From assembly GCF_033153115.1 (NCBI RefSeq), contig NW_026889768.1, forward strand, positions 2,232,001-2,296,000: 64,000 nucleotides of DNA, read 5' to 3'. The DNA comes from Saccostrea echinata (lineage: Eukaryota). The position numbers and the translations under genes are program-made. Positions within the stretch are counted from its first letter, which is position 1. Every line of letters begins with the position of its first letter. This document shows, one piece after another, positions 1-12,600 of the stretch. The notes under the pieces were generated by a model. The model ran no database searches and was not told the DNA's origin. It worked only from the letters and a program-made list of their open reading frames with translations.

Positions 1-1436
1 AGAGTGATCTGCCCTTAGATCTAAATTCCAATAAATTGAAATTTACAGTATATTACTCAATTTGTAACAAGTTCAAGCATTCATAACATTTTAAATAGCC
101 AAGATAAATTAATAGATCACTTTATTCGCATGTATTTTCTCCACGGAAGTAAACAGTAGTGATTTATGTTCATTGATACTTGATTGTTTTTGAACATTTT
201 TCCTGGAAGTAAATGCCACATACCATATATTGAAAATTAAATTGATAAGCTCAATATTTACAACTTTATTCAATATAATCTTCTCAATGTCCAAAAAACA
301 TTTTGCACTGGTGTATAGAGGGTCCTTAAACTTGTTTAAATAAAAGTTAAAACTGTAAGAAAAAGGAAAAATGGGCACCCATGTGTTTTATTGGATTACT
401 CTGTAATTAAAAAAAACTGTGAAGCAAACATAGGAAAAAGAGAAATATAGAATTTGCAAATTTTGTTCATGCGGTGCCCTTGTATCGGATACTTCCACGG
501 ATGTATTTCGCTATCATCCTCATTCTTCTATGAAAATTATTTTTTTGACAATCATTCAAATGCGAGCGGCTGTATGACATAGCTCCTAGAGATGCGATAT
601 GTTTTGCATTTTATTCTATGATATCAGTTATACGAAACTTTGGAGAGAACAAACACTGAATGATCGAGAGAGAAGAGTTAGCTTTCAAGGAGTATATGAA
701 AACAGATTTGAAATTTATAATTTTCAAACTTTTCGGTAGAATATTATGGCTTACATATACCAAGAGCATTTCTGACTGATTTATTATAACCTGTTTAGAA
801 GTTTTTTTAATTTGAAAATCATAAAAAATACGAATTTCGGGCATCTCCAACTGTTATTTATCTTTTCACTCTAAGAAATTTATTGCTGATTTGAGAATGG
901 CCAATACTTCAATATTGAAAGCATTAAGTTTCATAAAATTACAAGTTTTAGAATATAAAAGAAAAATTATTGTTTGGCCCAGGATGAAAATATTGCTCAC
1001 TCCTTCCTCCTTATTGTAAAATGCACAGAAACATGAACAAGTTACAATGGTCTCAAGTCACATTAGAAGTGGAATATCACTTAGACCAAGGATTTTGATA
1101 CATTCTTTGTAAAAAATAATGAGAACATTTTTTTACCATTACAGTTGTTCACCAGTTTTATGCTATAAATAAAAGTCATGTGACAATAACATGAACAGAT
1201 GATATATTTTGCACTCTTTGCTTGCTTCACTGTGCAGTTGAGTATCAAAACTTTGCTATAAATATATTTTTGATAATTCTTTCAATTTTATGGTACAAAT
1301 ATCATAAAAGAAATATTTGAATTTGACTTGCTTTGTCTCCTTCATATTTCTATTTTGAATTCATATTGAATTTGGCAACTAAAAGGTAAATATAGTTATC
1401 CTTCATTGAAAATGATAATTTGGATTCACATTACAG

Positions 1437-4400
1437 TTACCAACCGGCAAATCTGGACCAGACATCCATGAATGTATTGGACCACCAGATGAAGGAACTG
1501 GAGAATTATCGGACTGCTGTCCACAAAATGGGTCAAGATATCCTCGCCCTGAGACAGCAGATCCGAGAGCTGGAGGCAAATAACAGTCAGCTCCGACGAG
1601 ATCTGGCTAATTACAATGATGCTGGTAAACTGATGATTGAATCAGCGGAACTAGACAATCTCACAAAACCAGAGGTCATGTCCAGATATGGTAATTATCA
1701 ATGTTTGCCATCTTACGAAATACATTTGAAAATTTGAAACAGGACCAAATAAACTGGACAATTCATTTCTGAAGTCAAAAATTCTTCGAGAAATAATTTT
1801 TGCAAGGAAATCTTGATAGTTGTGAGATTTTATAAAAATACAAAAATTTTCACATAAAGGAATTAAAGCAATACATGAAGCATTTTCATGGATAAAAAAT
1901 ATAAAGAAATTTCCACATCAATTGTAAGAAAATCAGTTAAGAGTTCCACAGTAATGTTAAATGCAGGTGTGATATCAGAGAACAAGAAGTTTATTGATTA
2001 TTTTGAATCTTTCTTCCATTAATCATGTAAACTATTTTCAGCCATCTTGAAACAAACTCTAGTAATTAGCAGTAATGATCTCAAAAGCTACAAAGAGAGA
2101 GTTCAGCGACTACAGAATGAACTCATTAAAGTAAGCTCACTTGAGCTGAGCTGGTGAACATAAGCTCTATTAAGCTTAAGTAGGAGTGTAGTTATTTAGA
2201 GGGTAATTGGGACTCTGCACGTTTTGCTTTTTTCAGCTGCACTAAAACAAACACTGCAGTCAAACTCTGGTGACATACAAGCCTACAAAGACAAGGTTCA
2301 GAAACTACAAAACGAACTCATCAAGGTACAATATGGTGACACATGCTTTTTTTGCAATATCTTCACTCAAGTGTGATGGTATATTACTGGCACTATTTTC
2401 ATATTTATGTACTTTTAAAATGTAAATCTATGAAAATATGGTGCTGTGATACATGTGTATACATGTATTGATACAAATACAGCTTTAAAAAGTTTTTTTT
2501 TTCATTTGATTAAGTCTGAAAGAAAACTTTTTTAAATAATTTACCTGTAAAAGACACTTTTTTTCTGAGATGAATTCAAAAGAATTCTTTGACAATTCAA
2601 TAGAATTTTTTTGTAGAAAAATGACCAGGAAAAGAGATACATAAAGATTGCTCAGAACTACAAACAACAGAATGAGGTGATCACCAAACTCCAGGAAAAA
2701 CTGAAGAAGATGAGGACGGTGGAGGAGGCGTGTAAAAAACAGGAGAAGGTCATAGAGAAGATGGAGAAGATTCTAGAAAAGCAACACAGAGACCGGGGCA
2801 AAAAGTCAACAGGTAAGTCACACAGAGATCGGGGCAAAAAATCAACAGATTAGTCACAGAGAGACCAGGGCAAAAAGTCAACAAGTAAATCACATGGAGA
2901 CCGGGGCAAAAAGTCAACAGGTAAATCACATGGAGACTGGGGCAAAAAGTCAACAGGTAAGTCACACAGAGACTGGGGCAAAAAGTCAACAGGTTAGTCA
3001 CAAAGAGACTGGGGCAAAAAGTCAACAGGTTAGTCACAAAGGGACTGGGGCAAAAAGTCAACAGGTAAATCACATGGAGACTGGGGCAAAAAGTCAACAG
3101 GTTAGTCACAAAGAGACTGGGGCAAAAAGTCAGCAGGTTAGTCACAAAGAGACTGGGGCAAAAAGTCACAGGTAAGTCACATGGAGACTGGGGCAAAAAG
3201 TCAACAGGTTAGTCACAAAGAGACTGGGGCAAAAAGTCAACAGGTTAGTCACAAAGGGACTGGGGCAAAAAGTCAACAGGTAAGTCACATGGAGACTGAA
3301 GCAAAGTCAACAGGTAAGTCACAAAGAGACTAGGGCAAAAAGTCACAGGTAAGTCACAAAGAGACCGGGGCAAAACGTCGACAATCACACTGTTTGTAAG
3401 GGAAGCAACACAGAGACTGGGGCAAAAAGTCAACAGATAAGTCAAACACAGAGACCAGGGTAAAAAAGTCAACAGGTTACTTACACTGTCAGTAAGGTGG
3501 ATGCAACTCCAAAAAAAATCAAAGTTTAGTTGTTAGTAATGGAAACCCTGGTAGACAGGAGGATTGACCTGTTTCTCTTCTTACTACAAATAAATGTACC
3601 TTTGAAAAGCGATAGTTAGAAATACATCAGTCATCTAACAGTTGAGATGGAGACACTGGTGGCAGCATTTCAAGAATCTGCCATCCTATTTAAATTCTTT
3701 CCATATTTGCAAGATTTTCATGATTTTCAAATTTTAAGAATACAAGTTGAGTTGATCCAAATTTATTTTTTGTCTTGTACCTTGGGCTAAGGTAAACATC
3801 ACGTGTCAGATATCCTTGCTGATTTTGAATCCTGACTTATTATTGACTTCTCTGCCAACAGATGCTGCCCAAGAAGCCAATGAAGCCTTGTTAGAGGAGA
3901 ACAAGAGACTACGACAACAGGCTGATGACTTACGGGTAAGGAAAATAAGTGGACAAGTATTTTGAGAAAAGAAAATAAATGGACAGCTCAGTAAAAAATG
4001 TTCTCCATATCTCTGTGTTTATTTGGAAAATATTTATTCCAGGATCAGCTGAGATTAAGTAATAAAGGATCATCAACATCTGAAACAGATAAACTGGAAC
4101 TCTATCAGGCTCTGGAGAAAGCCGAGGCTAGGATACAGTCTCTGGAAACCCAGGTATAATCTTCTTTCATGTTATATTTGCTAAAAATTGAAAATTTTGA
4201 TTTGCACATGACAAATGTGCAAAATATTTATTTTCATATGACAAACATTCAAAATATTCATTCTAATATGTGAAACATTAAAAATGTTTATTAATTCAAA
4301 ACATTATCAGAATGAAACATTATGGAAGGCATTGTTAAGATAAAAAATGATTGAAAGTGAAAAGGCATCAAAATATTTTGAGATTTCCTATAATTTCTAT

Positions 4401-5428
4401 TGTTACAGCTTTTAGAGAATTCTAGAAGTTGGGGTAAAGAGAGAGCAGATATGTTGTTAAAGTTAAATGAAGCGGAACACGGGTTTGGACGTTCAGCGGG
4501 CATGGTTCTACATGATTACCCAGTCTATGTAAGTTCTAATGACTATCATGTGAACCCAGTTACTTAGGTTTAAACCCCAATCAAAAAGACTAACATGACT
4601 TAAACGTATTGAGTAAATGTAAAGTTACCTCCCTTATCATGCTCTTGCCTTTTTCAGATCCCACAATGTGAAATCTTACTATATTCCAGAAACTCTCACT
4701 AGATTAATAATGTTTTCTCTGTAATTAGGACATTTAAGTTTCTGTCTATTCTGTGGTTAACATGTCTTAATAAATAATCAGGAGTCTCCAAGAGAGGTGC
4801 GACAATCGAGGAAACACACCTACTTAAGTGCCCCTCCTCCTTGTCGATGTGCCTGCCAGGTACAGAGAAATCCACCGAGTTCCTTCCCAGAGTTATCTAC
4901 CTTAACAAATCCCACTGAGTTCCTGCCCAGAGTTATTTACCTTAATAAAATCCCACCAAGTTCCTTTCCAGATTTATCACCCTTGATAACCACCAATTAG
5001 ATATTATGTATTGTCCTAACACTGTACTGTTGTTGTTATCTGCATTGCCCTCACATTAGTTTGTGATACCTGATGCACTAGTGTGATATCTGATGCACTA
5101 GTGTGATACCTGATGCACTAGTGTGATACCTGATGCACTATAACCTTTACTTTTGGTGTATTATCGTGCCAAAAATTAGATTAGCATAATTTATCCTTCT
5201 TTTTAAACTTAATTTACATTTGTTCTTAATTTTCTTTTTGTGACTCAAAAGTTTATTTATACACAGAGGCCTTTGCTGAATTGAAAGATGGTAAAATTTA
5301 TTCTGGCTTGTTGAACAACTGTTGGAGTATGGAGAGTGTTAGAATTTTGAATGTGTTTGTATATAATTTTTCAGAATGATAAACTCGCCCGTAACAGTCC
5401 TCGGCGATTGTCTCCCCTGTACCGCTGA
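1437..5428 (+). CDS. CCDC33: Coiled-coil domain-containing protein 33-like, 3' part (5' exons lie upstream of the window or were not recognised)
   Basis: Phase-consistent GT-AG exons 1437-1690, [2042-2130 or 2237-2325], 2617-2812, 3862-3935, 4043-4153, 4409-4528, (4782-4859, optional, 78 nt), 5375-5428 (TGA). Peptides ELENYRTAVHKMGQDILALR, VQ.LQNELIKKNDQEK, QEKVIEKMEKIL and LENSRSWGKE match the CCDC33 C-terminal coiled coil as I recall it. AATAAA at 5876-5881. Confidence 0.8.
2042..2130 (+). CDS. CCDC33: CCDC33 alternative exon A (AILKQTLVISSNDLKSYKERVQRLQNELIK)
   Basis: tttcag acceptor, GTAAGC donor, 89 nt, enters in phase 1 and leaves in phase 0; paralogous to exon B. Confidence 0.75.
2237..2325 (+). 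CDS. CCDC33: CCDC33 alternative exon B (AALKQTLQSNSGDIQAYKDKVQKLQNELIK)
   Basis: tttcag acceptor, AAG|GTACAA donor, 89 nt, same phases as exon A. Confidence 0.75.
2785..3480 (+). repeat. 36-bp minisatellite containing the CCDC33 exon end and 5' splice site
   Basis: Unit approx. CACAGAGACTGGGGCAAAAAGTCAACAG|GT(A/T)AGTCA, about 18 copies; the first copy is the real exon end (donor at 2813). Confidence 0.95.
4865..4990 (+). repeat. About 40-bp degenerate tandem repeat (3 copies) just after the 4860 donor
   Basis: aaatcc(c)ac..agttcct..ccaga.ttat.tacctt repeated three times. Confidence 0.7.
5063..5140 (+). repeat. 20-bp tandem repeat, 4 copies
   Basis: GTGTGATACCTGATGCACTA units. Confidence 0.9.
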
Positions 5429-5933
5429 TACAACTCATGAACCCCCTTCTGGTGCTTTCAATATGGCTGCCAACTGGAGCTGAACAGACTATAAATGTCA
5501 CCTTTATTTATTAGTTACATCACGCCACTCAAGAAGAGATCTAAAGTTGCTGCCTCTTGTGAATGCATGAATTGTACAACTGTGTTAAAATGATATTGTC
5601 AACTGAATGATTTACTGCTTATACCCTGGAGTGATGCTGAATCGTCTTTTTCTTCACATTCTTAATCACATTTTATATTAAAGGTAACTAAGGGGTAATG
5701 TGCTTATTCTCATTATGTATCGGACTTTCATACATATTCCTGGATTGTTCTCGACTGTGGTAGCAGGAACCACTGTAAACCATGGCTCATTGTTCATCAT
5801 CGTTGTACAATAATTCTTATATTGTTATCAGTTTCATATAATTATGTATTGTTAGAGATTATGCATTTTGTTGGAAATAAATTATTTATTAGTTGTAAAT
5901 GTTTTTTTGTTGATGTTGCTCTAAAGTGTATTA

Positions 5934-6403
5934 CTGTAAAACTTGTTTATTACGAACACAGATATAGCAAATTTACGGACATAGCTTTTTAATTTGCAAT
6001 CCCCGGCGAAATTCTTAACAATTCCGTATTAAATTTTTATGGATATAATGAACTTGGATATAGCGAATTTACGGTTATAGCAAACTGATTTTGTTGAAAA
6101 CTAGAAGTTGAAAATAACGAAATTAACAGCTTTTATAGCAAAATTTCAAAGTTCTTAATTTTTAAAATATTGAACTGACAATAATTTTATAAGTATTTAT
6201 ACTTGAAATGCAATTCATCCGAAAACTTTTGAAATCCAAGGTAAATTTTTAATACTTTTTGTAGTCATTCTTGAATAAAAAAGTCTATATTGCGAATTAG
6301 CTATGTATACAATAATTAATTCGTTATACGGATATAATGAATAATGGATATAACAAAGTAAATTCGCAGGTCCCCAGAACTTCGCTATAACCGAGTTTTA
6401 CTA
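5934..6403. mobile_element. Tc1/mariner (pogo/Tigger-like) MITE between the convergent CCDC33 and ASPSCR1 3' ends
   Basis: Imperfect TIRs CTGTAAAACTTGTTTATTACGAA and TTCGCTATAACCGAGTTTTACTA, flanked by TA on both sides; internal GATATAGCGAA-like repeats. Confidence 0.7.
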
Positions 6404-6632
6404 TAGGTAGTAATTACACTTTATAGAAATGGAACATTTCCTCATCCTTGGACTGATTATAAAGAATACTTTTGTAGTGATTTAAACATATTTATTTCAT
6501 TGATAAGCTGTTGAATGAAGACTGATTGATGTCAATGTCATGTATTGTCAGATTGAGGCTAACAGGTAGAACCAAGTCCCAGTGTTGAAGAATGTAGCGT
6601 TTTGCACAATTTTTTCCATATCTTTGAACATA

Positions 6633-9600
6633 TCACTTTTTCCCTGCAAAACAAGAATGAGAAGCATCAACAAGCATTCTGAGAGTAATGCTGAAGCACT
6701 GGCCCCAGCAAACTCTTACAAGGTGTACATTTATCATTATGACATAAATCTATGAGTTCAGTAATTTATGCTAACAACATAATTATCAAACTACTTCAAA
6801 ATTATGAGGTCAAAAACCGTGGTAAATTCTGAAAGGCTTTGTCACAGGTAATGCACATGTGAAATACAAAAGTCAAAGCTATGGGTTTTTTTTATAAAGT
6901 TTTTGAGACAGACACAGAGGAATGAGATTTAATGTTCCCATGTTTTCAAGAAACCAGGGGACGTTTTTTCAATTTATGTGTATTTGAAAGTTATATGTAC
7001 AGGCAAATAGAAGAAATGTCTTTCATTTTTGAAAAATTCATGAAAGAAATGAACTCGAGACTTCTCAGAATGGCTTTAAAGCACTAACATGCTTCATGAA
7101 ATTTGCCTGTTTTGGGAAGTCTAAGTTCATTTCATATTTCATGAAATTTTCAATAATGAAAAGCTTTTTCTTAAGGGTTTTTCAATTTTAATTGGTAAAA
7201 GACTGTAATTCCCTAAAACAAGGGTCACAATCCTACGAAACTCAGAACAAGATCAGTTTTCTGCTTTGCAAAGTAATTTCCCAACTCTTGATCGATTTGT
7301 AGTTTTCAAATTCATTTGGAAAACAGAAATTTTTATCAACTTGGAAGTTAATTAACTTTGATACATGTGCATGTATTTACATGAATAATGAATGGAATCC
7401 TCTGAAACTTGAAGATTATCTGCAACAATGGTGTCAAAGTTCAATTTAAATAAAATGTTTTGGAAACAGATTATTTTAAATTTTTCAGTTGATAAAGGTT
7501 GATACCTTAACCTCTAGATCCCCAGTTTCACCTGTAAGGACTTCTAGAGTCTCACACTAACAATGGAAAGTCAAGTAAACACAGAAGATTTCTGGAATTG
7601 CTCTTGACATTACCTGCAGTAAACCACTTTGGGACTGCTGGTTTTTTCGAGCCGGTTGATGGTTCAGAATCTGCTTTGCTTGGTTTTGGTCTAGATGTGC
7701 CAGGTTGTTGATCTTTTCTTGAGGAATTTGGAGTCTCATCCTTAGGCAAGCTGTAAAATAAGAAATAAAGAAAACTTTACAATTTTACACAAGCAAACTA
7801 GAACTGTCCAATAGGGACAAATACCCCCCGCTGGGTTTTTCAGAGAAAGTACCAAATCACTAATGTTTTCTAGATGTGAGAGGTGTTCACAATTTCCTTA
7901 AACATTTCCAGTGAAAATTTAATTACTCATTATATTTTTTATATGTCCGTCTTAAGACGGGACGTATTATGTTATAGCGTTCATGTCCCTCTGTTAGCTT
8001 TTTCATGTCCGGCTTATTATTTAGTCTTATTTTTTTCATTATGTTCTTTACAGCAATCTGTAACAAGAAAAATTCCACCTCTCCCATGGGTGTAATGATC
8101 AGGCACTGGTCAAGGAAAATTTTGATAGCAGAAAATTGGATGTCAAATTAGAGATAAATTAATGAGTTTAGTGTGAGGTGATAACTGGTAGAGCATCTCT
8201 GATCAAGCAGGTGTTATCTACATCTCTTGGGAAATGGGCAAAAGGAATCAGTCTCTTAATTAATTGCTTGTGTTGTATTGAATTGTTCTTGTTGGCTAGT
8301 CTTACTTTCAAGATAAATTTGATGTAATTAAAACTAATTTGATATTGTTTATAATAATTAAAACTTATATGATATTGTATAATATAATTTAAACTAATTA
8401 TTTATTGTACATTTTTTATTTGAATTTTTATATCTTTACAACAAATTGCAGACTGCCTTGTCTCACTAAGATGTCATTCGACCAATTGAATCTAAACTGT
8501 TTATGATAATTTAACAATATTTGATGGGCGTATAATGCTGTGGTGGGGCACTTTATTTTAATGAATGAAACTAAGGTGCAGCCTAATAAAATATCAACAC
8601 TAATAATTACAGTGTTTTTTATTACATTGAAAAAATAGTTTGCAACTATCTGTCATCTTTGTGAGACATGACACTCTGCAAATTGATTGTTGAAAAAAAA
8701 AAAAATATCATAATTAATTATACAAAATCAAATCGATTTTAATACCTTTATATCAAACTCATTTTAAAAATAAAAGGCTGGTTTTAGTAACTATGTATTT
8801 TGACAGACATAAATAACAATTAAGAGACTTAGACAACAGAGATCTTTCTTTCTTTCTGCCCAATTCCCCGGAGATATAGATAAGACCTGCCTGATCAGAG
8901 ATGCCCTAACAGCTTCCCACACTGAACTCATTAATTAATCTTTAACTGGATGCATGTCCACTCATTACTCCCAAGGGACAAATGGATTTACACTATCTGC
9001 TGTGTAATGTAAAAACTGTTTTTAATACTTTGTGGGTTTTTTTTTAGTTCTAATGAGTAGTTTTAAGCTGTAGTTCACATTTTTGTACAGGTGTTCTAGA
9101 TTCTATGTCTCAAACCTTAGACATGAACCCGAAATGACTAAGTCAATAAAAATTTTTAAAAAACACCTGTAAAATGCAGAAAAATTATCAAATAATGTTG
9201 AAAATACCAGGTGCACATCTTCATATGGTAAATAATAAGTTTACAAATTTTCATACAAATCTACGCAATAGTTTCTGGGAACAGATCCAGACAAAACCAA
9301 ATAATAAAAATGAAAAAACACCTGTAAAATGCAGAAAAATTATCCAATCATAATGAAAATACCAGGTGCACACCTTCATATGGCGAATAATAAGTGTACA
9401 AATTTTCAGACAAATCCTTCCAACAGTTTCCAAGAAATGGTCAGGACAAAATCTCGTCTACAGACAGACGGACAGACGGACAGACAGACGGACAGACAGA
9501 CGGACATGCTGATTCCAATATACCCCCCCTAAACTTCGTTTGCGGGGGGTATAAATAAGATACATCTACTGTATATCTGCACGTCTTCCTGTACACGATC

Positions 9601-12600
9601 TATTTGCTTTTAAAACCAACAGCAGAAGTTTTTGAGATTTTCTGACAAGCAGAGGTGACCATAATATTTTTTTTTCAAAATATTTCCTGACAAAAACCTG
9701 CCTTTTTTCCACAATATCCTCTGCTTTGCTCTTTGGACTGATTTCCTTCATTACAGCCTCCGAAAGATAATGATCTGAAAGTAAAACAGAAATCATGTAC
9801 ATATAAAAATTACACATCACCAGTGTGAAAACTCAAACAAGATGCATAATAAAGGAACGTTCCCTACTGGTAATGCATATAGTATTTACTGCTGCGCAGA
9901 ATCAAAAACATTCAAACCTGGATGGAAACTTTAAAATAATTTACATACATGTACAGGTGTATATATGTTTTGAAAGTGACAAACCTTTTGTTGTCTCTGA
10001 TCCAAAATACACAACAGAGGCCGGTGCTAGTTTTGCCTGTAAAATACATCCACATAAACTTCATCTTCAAACATTTCTCTGACTTATTACTGCATTACAA
10101 TTGATGTACAAACTTTTTTTTCGACTTAGTTCTTCATTACGTTTAACTGTTGCATGTACATGTATGCCCATATTAGCACTAAGATTGAAAAATTACTTTC
10201 TGAGCTTATAAAATGCATACAATACCTGAATCAAATTCAGTGTTTGATCCTTCAACACCTGTTTTGGAGGTGCAGTGTCTGAAAAATAATGCAGAAAATT
10301 GATCATAATACATGTACAGCATACTGTTAGTTAATGTAATTCAATATGATCAGTGTATCCTCTTCTATGACATATGCATGGTGATAGCACTGAACTGTAT
10401 TTTGTACTTACAAAGATAGAATCCTTGGCTTTTGTCCTCCAGATATTCTTTCACAAATTTATGCAATGCATGAACTGAAAAATCAAATAATCAGTGATGG
10501 CTATACAACATAAATTAATTATGCATTTCAAATTGTCAAAAATTATTTCCTGAATTAGAAAACAAGAATTCAAATTAAAATGAAAACAAATCGGAGCTCT
10601 CTCACACACCAGTCTCTTTTGGTCGGAATAATCCCTGGAGCACTACTTTGTCTGGAAACTGGATCCGGATGACCACATGTTGGTATTTAGAATACTGCGA
10701 TTCTAGCCTTTCCTGAACCATGCTTCGTGTTAACAGTGGCTGCTCCATCTCACTTTGTCTGTGTAGGGAAATTATAAATCTTAAGTGTAATCTTTCAGTA
10801 TAAACTAACTTCAAAATGCAAGACAAGAAGACACCTTCAATAAAACATACAGCCCACTCTAGTATTTAAATAAAGCAGGATCTCAAAATGCACCCCCTCC
10901 TCCCCAAATGAAACAGTATAGATTCATATAAAATTTTACAGGAATCTCCTGCATTGCTCCAAACTTGTTTTCAAATCATTCAACAATTCTACATGCATGT
11001 AGCGCTAAAAATAGTCTTAGCATAATTTTGATGATACATCTGAATGCAGTAGAGAACTGAGATACTTACGCTTTCTTCTGTAGGTCTACCATCATTTTCC
11101 TGATATCATTTTCTGTTATTTCAAAGAATTCATCAGGAAGATCTACAATCCCAAATAAATACAAAATTTACTGAATGACAGGCTTAACTAGCATAAGTTC
11201 AGCACATCTCCCAAATGATACTGAGAAAAGTTTATATCCCATTCTTAAATTCCAGGCTTCATTATAAAAATTTGTAATGTTTTTAAGCTGATAAGATATT
11301 CTAATCTTACTTATGCATTGCAGACAACTGACCTTCATTTGAAGCTGTTGATTGGATGACTTCCTCAGCATTAAACAAAACAGCTTGTCTGTCACAGGGC
11401 TAGAATCAGATAGAAGTTACTAAATATACATGTAGTTCAGAGAAAAAGGCATCAGAAAAGGTGGATAACAAAGCAGCAGTAAGATGTCTGAATTTACCTT
11501 GTATTCCTCTCGGTTGACTTCACTACAAAGTAAATAATTTACTGGTTATCCTTAGAAGACTTCTCTTAATTACATGTACATGGTTATTCTCACTGTTCAT
11601 AAGAAAGTTGTTGATGTATTGATTTTCCTTCTTCTACAGATATACATTAACCTACCTTAATTCATTTTTATAAACATCTTTTCCTTTTGTGTCTTCTGGA
11701 AACTGTGTTAATATAAAAACACACTTTTATAAGTATTGAAAAAAAACTTTTGTATTTAATCAGAAGGTTTTTTTCTATAACAAGATGTACATAACAGACA
11801 ACAATAAATGACCTTGAACTCTGCAAATTGAACTGCCTCTTGAGGTCGACCTCTCTTTGGTTTTGATCCCCCTGCTGCTTGCCGATTGGGTGATGGGTGT
11901 AAACCCATTTGTGGCATGTAATATGCTGCCAAACGTCTTGCAATCTACAATTTAATATAGTAGTATATAATTGTTGGTTTAATTTAACTTTAAATAATTT
12001 CTGTACATTACAAAGTAATATTATGGCTGGTTTTAGAAGTTATTAGTGTTATAACGTACATGTACTACATCACTGATTTTAAAATTTATTAGTTTTTAGT
12101 GGTACATGCACTACATCATTACCTCTTGTTCTTGTGGTGACAATTCATTGAAATCTCCAGGAACAAACACTTGAACCCCTGGAATATTCATCTGCCTGAT
12201 TGTTTCTACAAAATCCTGCTGCTGATTACCACGACTTTGACCTCTACCCTCATTTGATGCCCTATGACCTGGAGTTTCAATCCTTTCCTCTACTTCCATT
12301 GGTTGTTGTGATGTGCTGGGTACTGATGTACTGGGTTTTGGGTCTACCTCCATGGCTTCCGAGGTCTGACTTGTTGACTCAGTTGAAATCTCAGATTTGT
12401 CTTCAGTTGATTGTGACTTTTCCTCAGACCTGTCAATGAGCTCTTCAGCTTTAGGAGGTAGAGATTTATCCTCCTGTTGGGGCAGCTGTCTTTGAGCTAA
12501 AGAGTCTAGCTTCTCCAACTTTGTTTTCTCTCTATCTATTTTATCTAAAATTTCTGCCATCACTGTGTCATCTACTGGCCTGTGAACAAGTCTGATAAGA

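Noticed and set aside
1-1000. Possible transposon fragment (CpG-richer stretch near 470-600)
   Set aside because: No termini or coding similarity that I can support within the window.
2750-3472. Repetitive ORFs (LLTFCPSL.., METGAKSQQVSH..)
   Set aside because: Translations of the 36-bp intronic minisatellite, not in the CCDC33 frame.
9566-9600. Extra ASPSCR1 micro-exon as an alternative to the GC donor
   Set aside because: The acceptor lacks a pyrimidine tract and no donor there gives the required phase without a stop.
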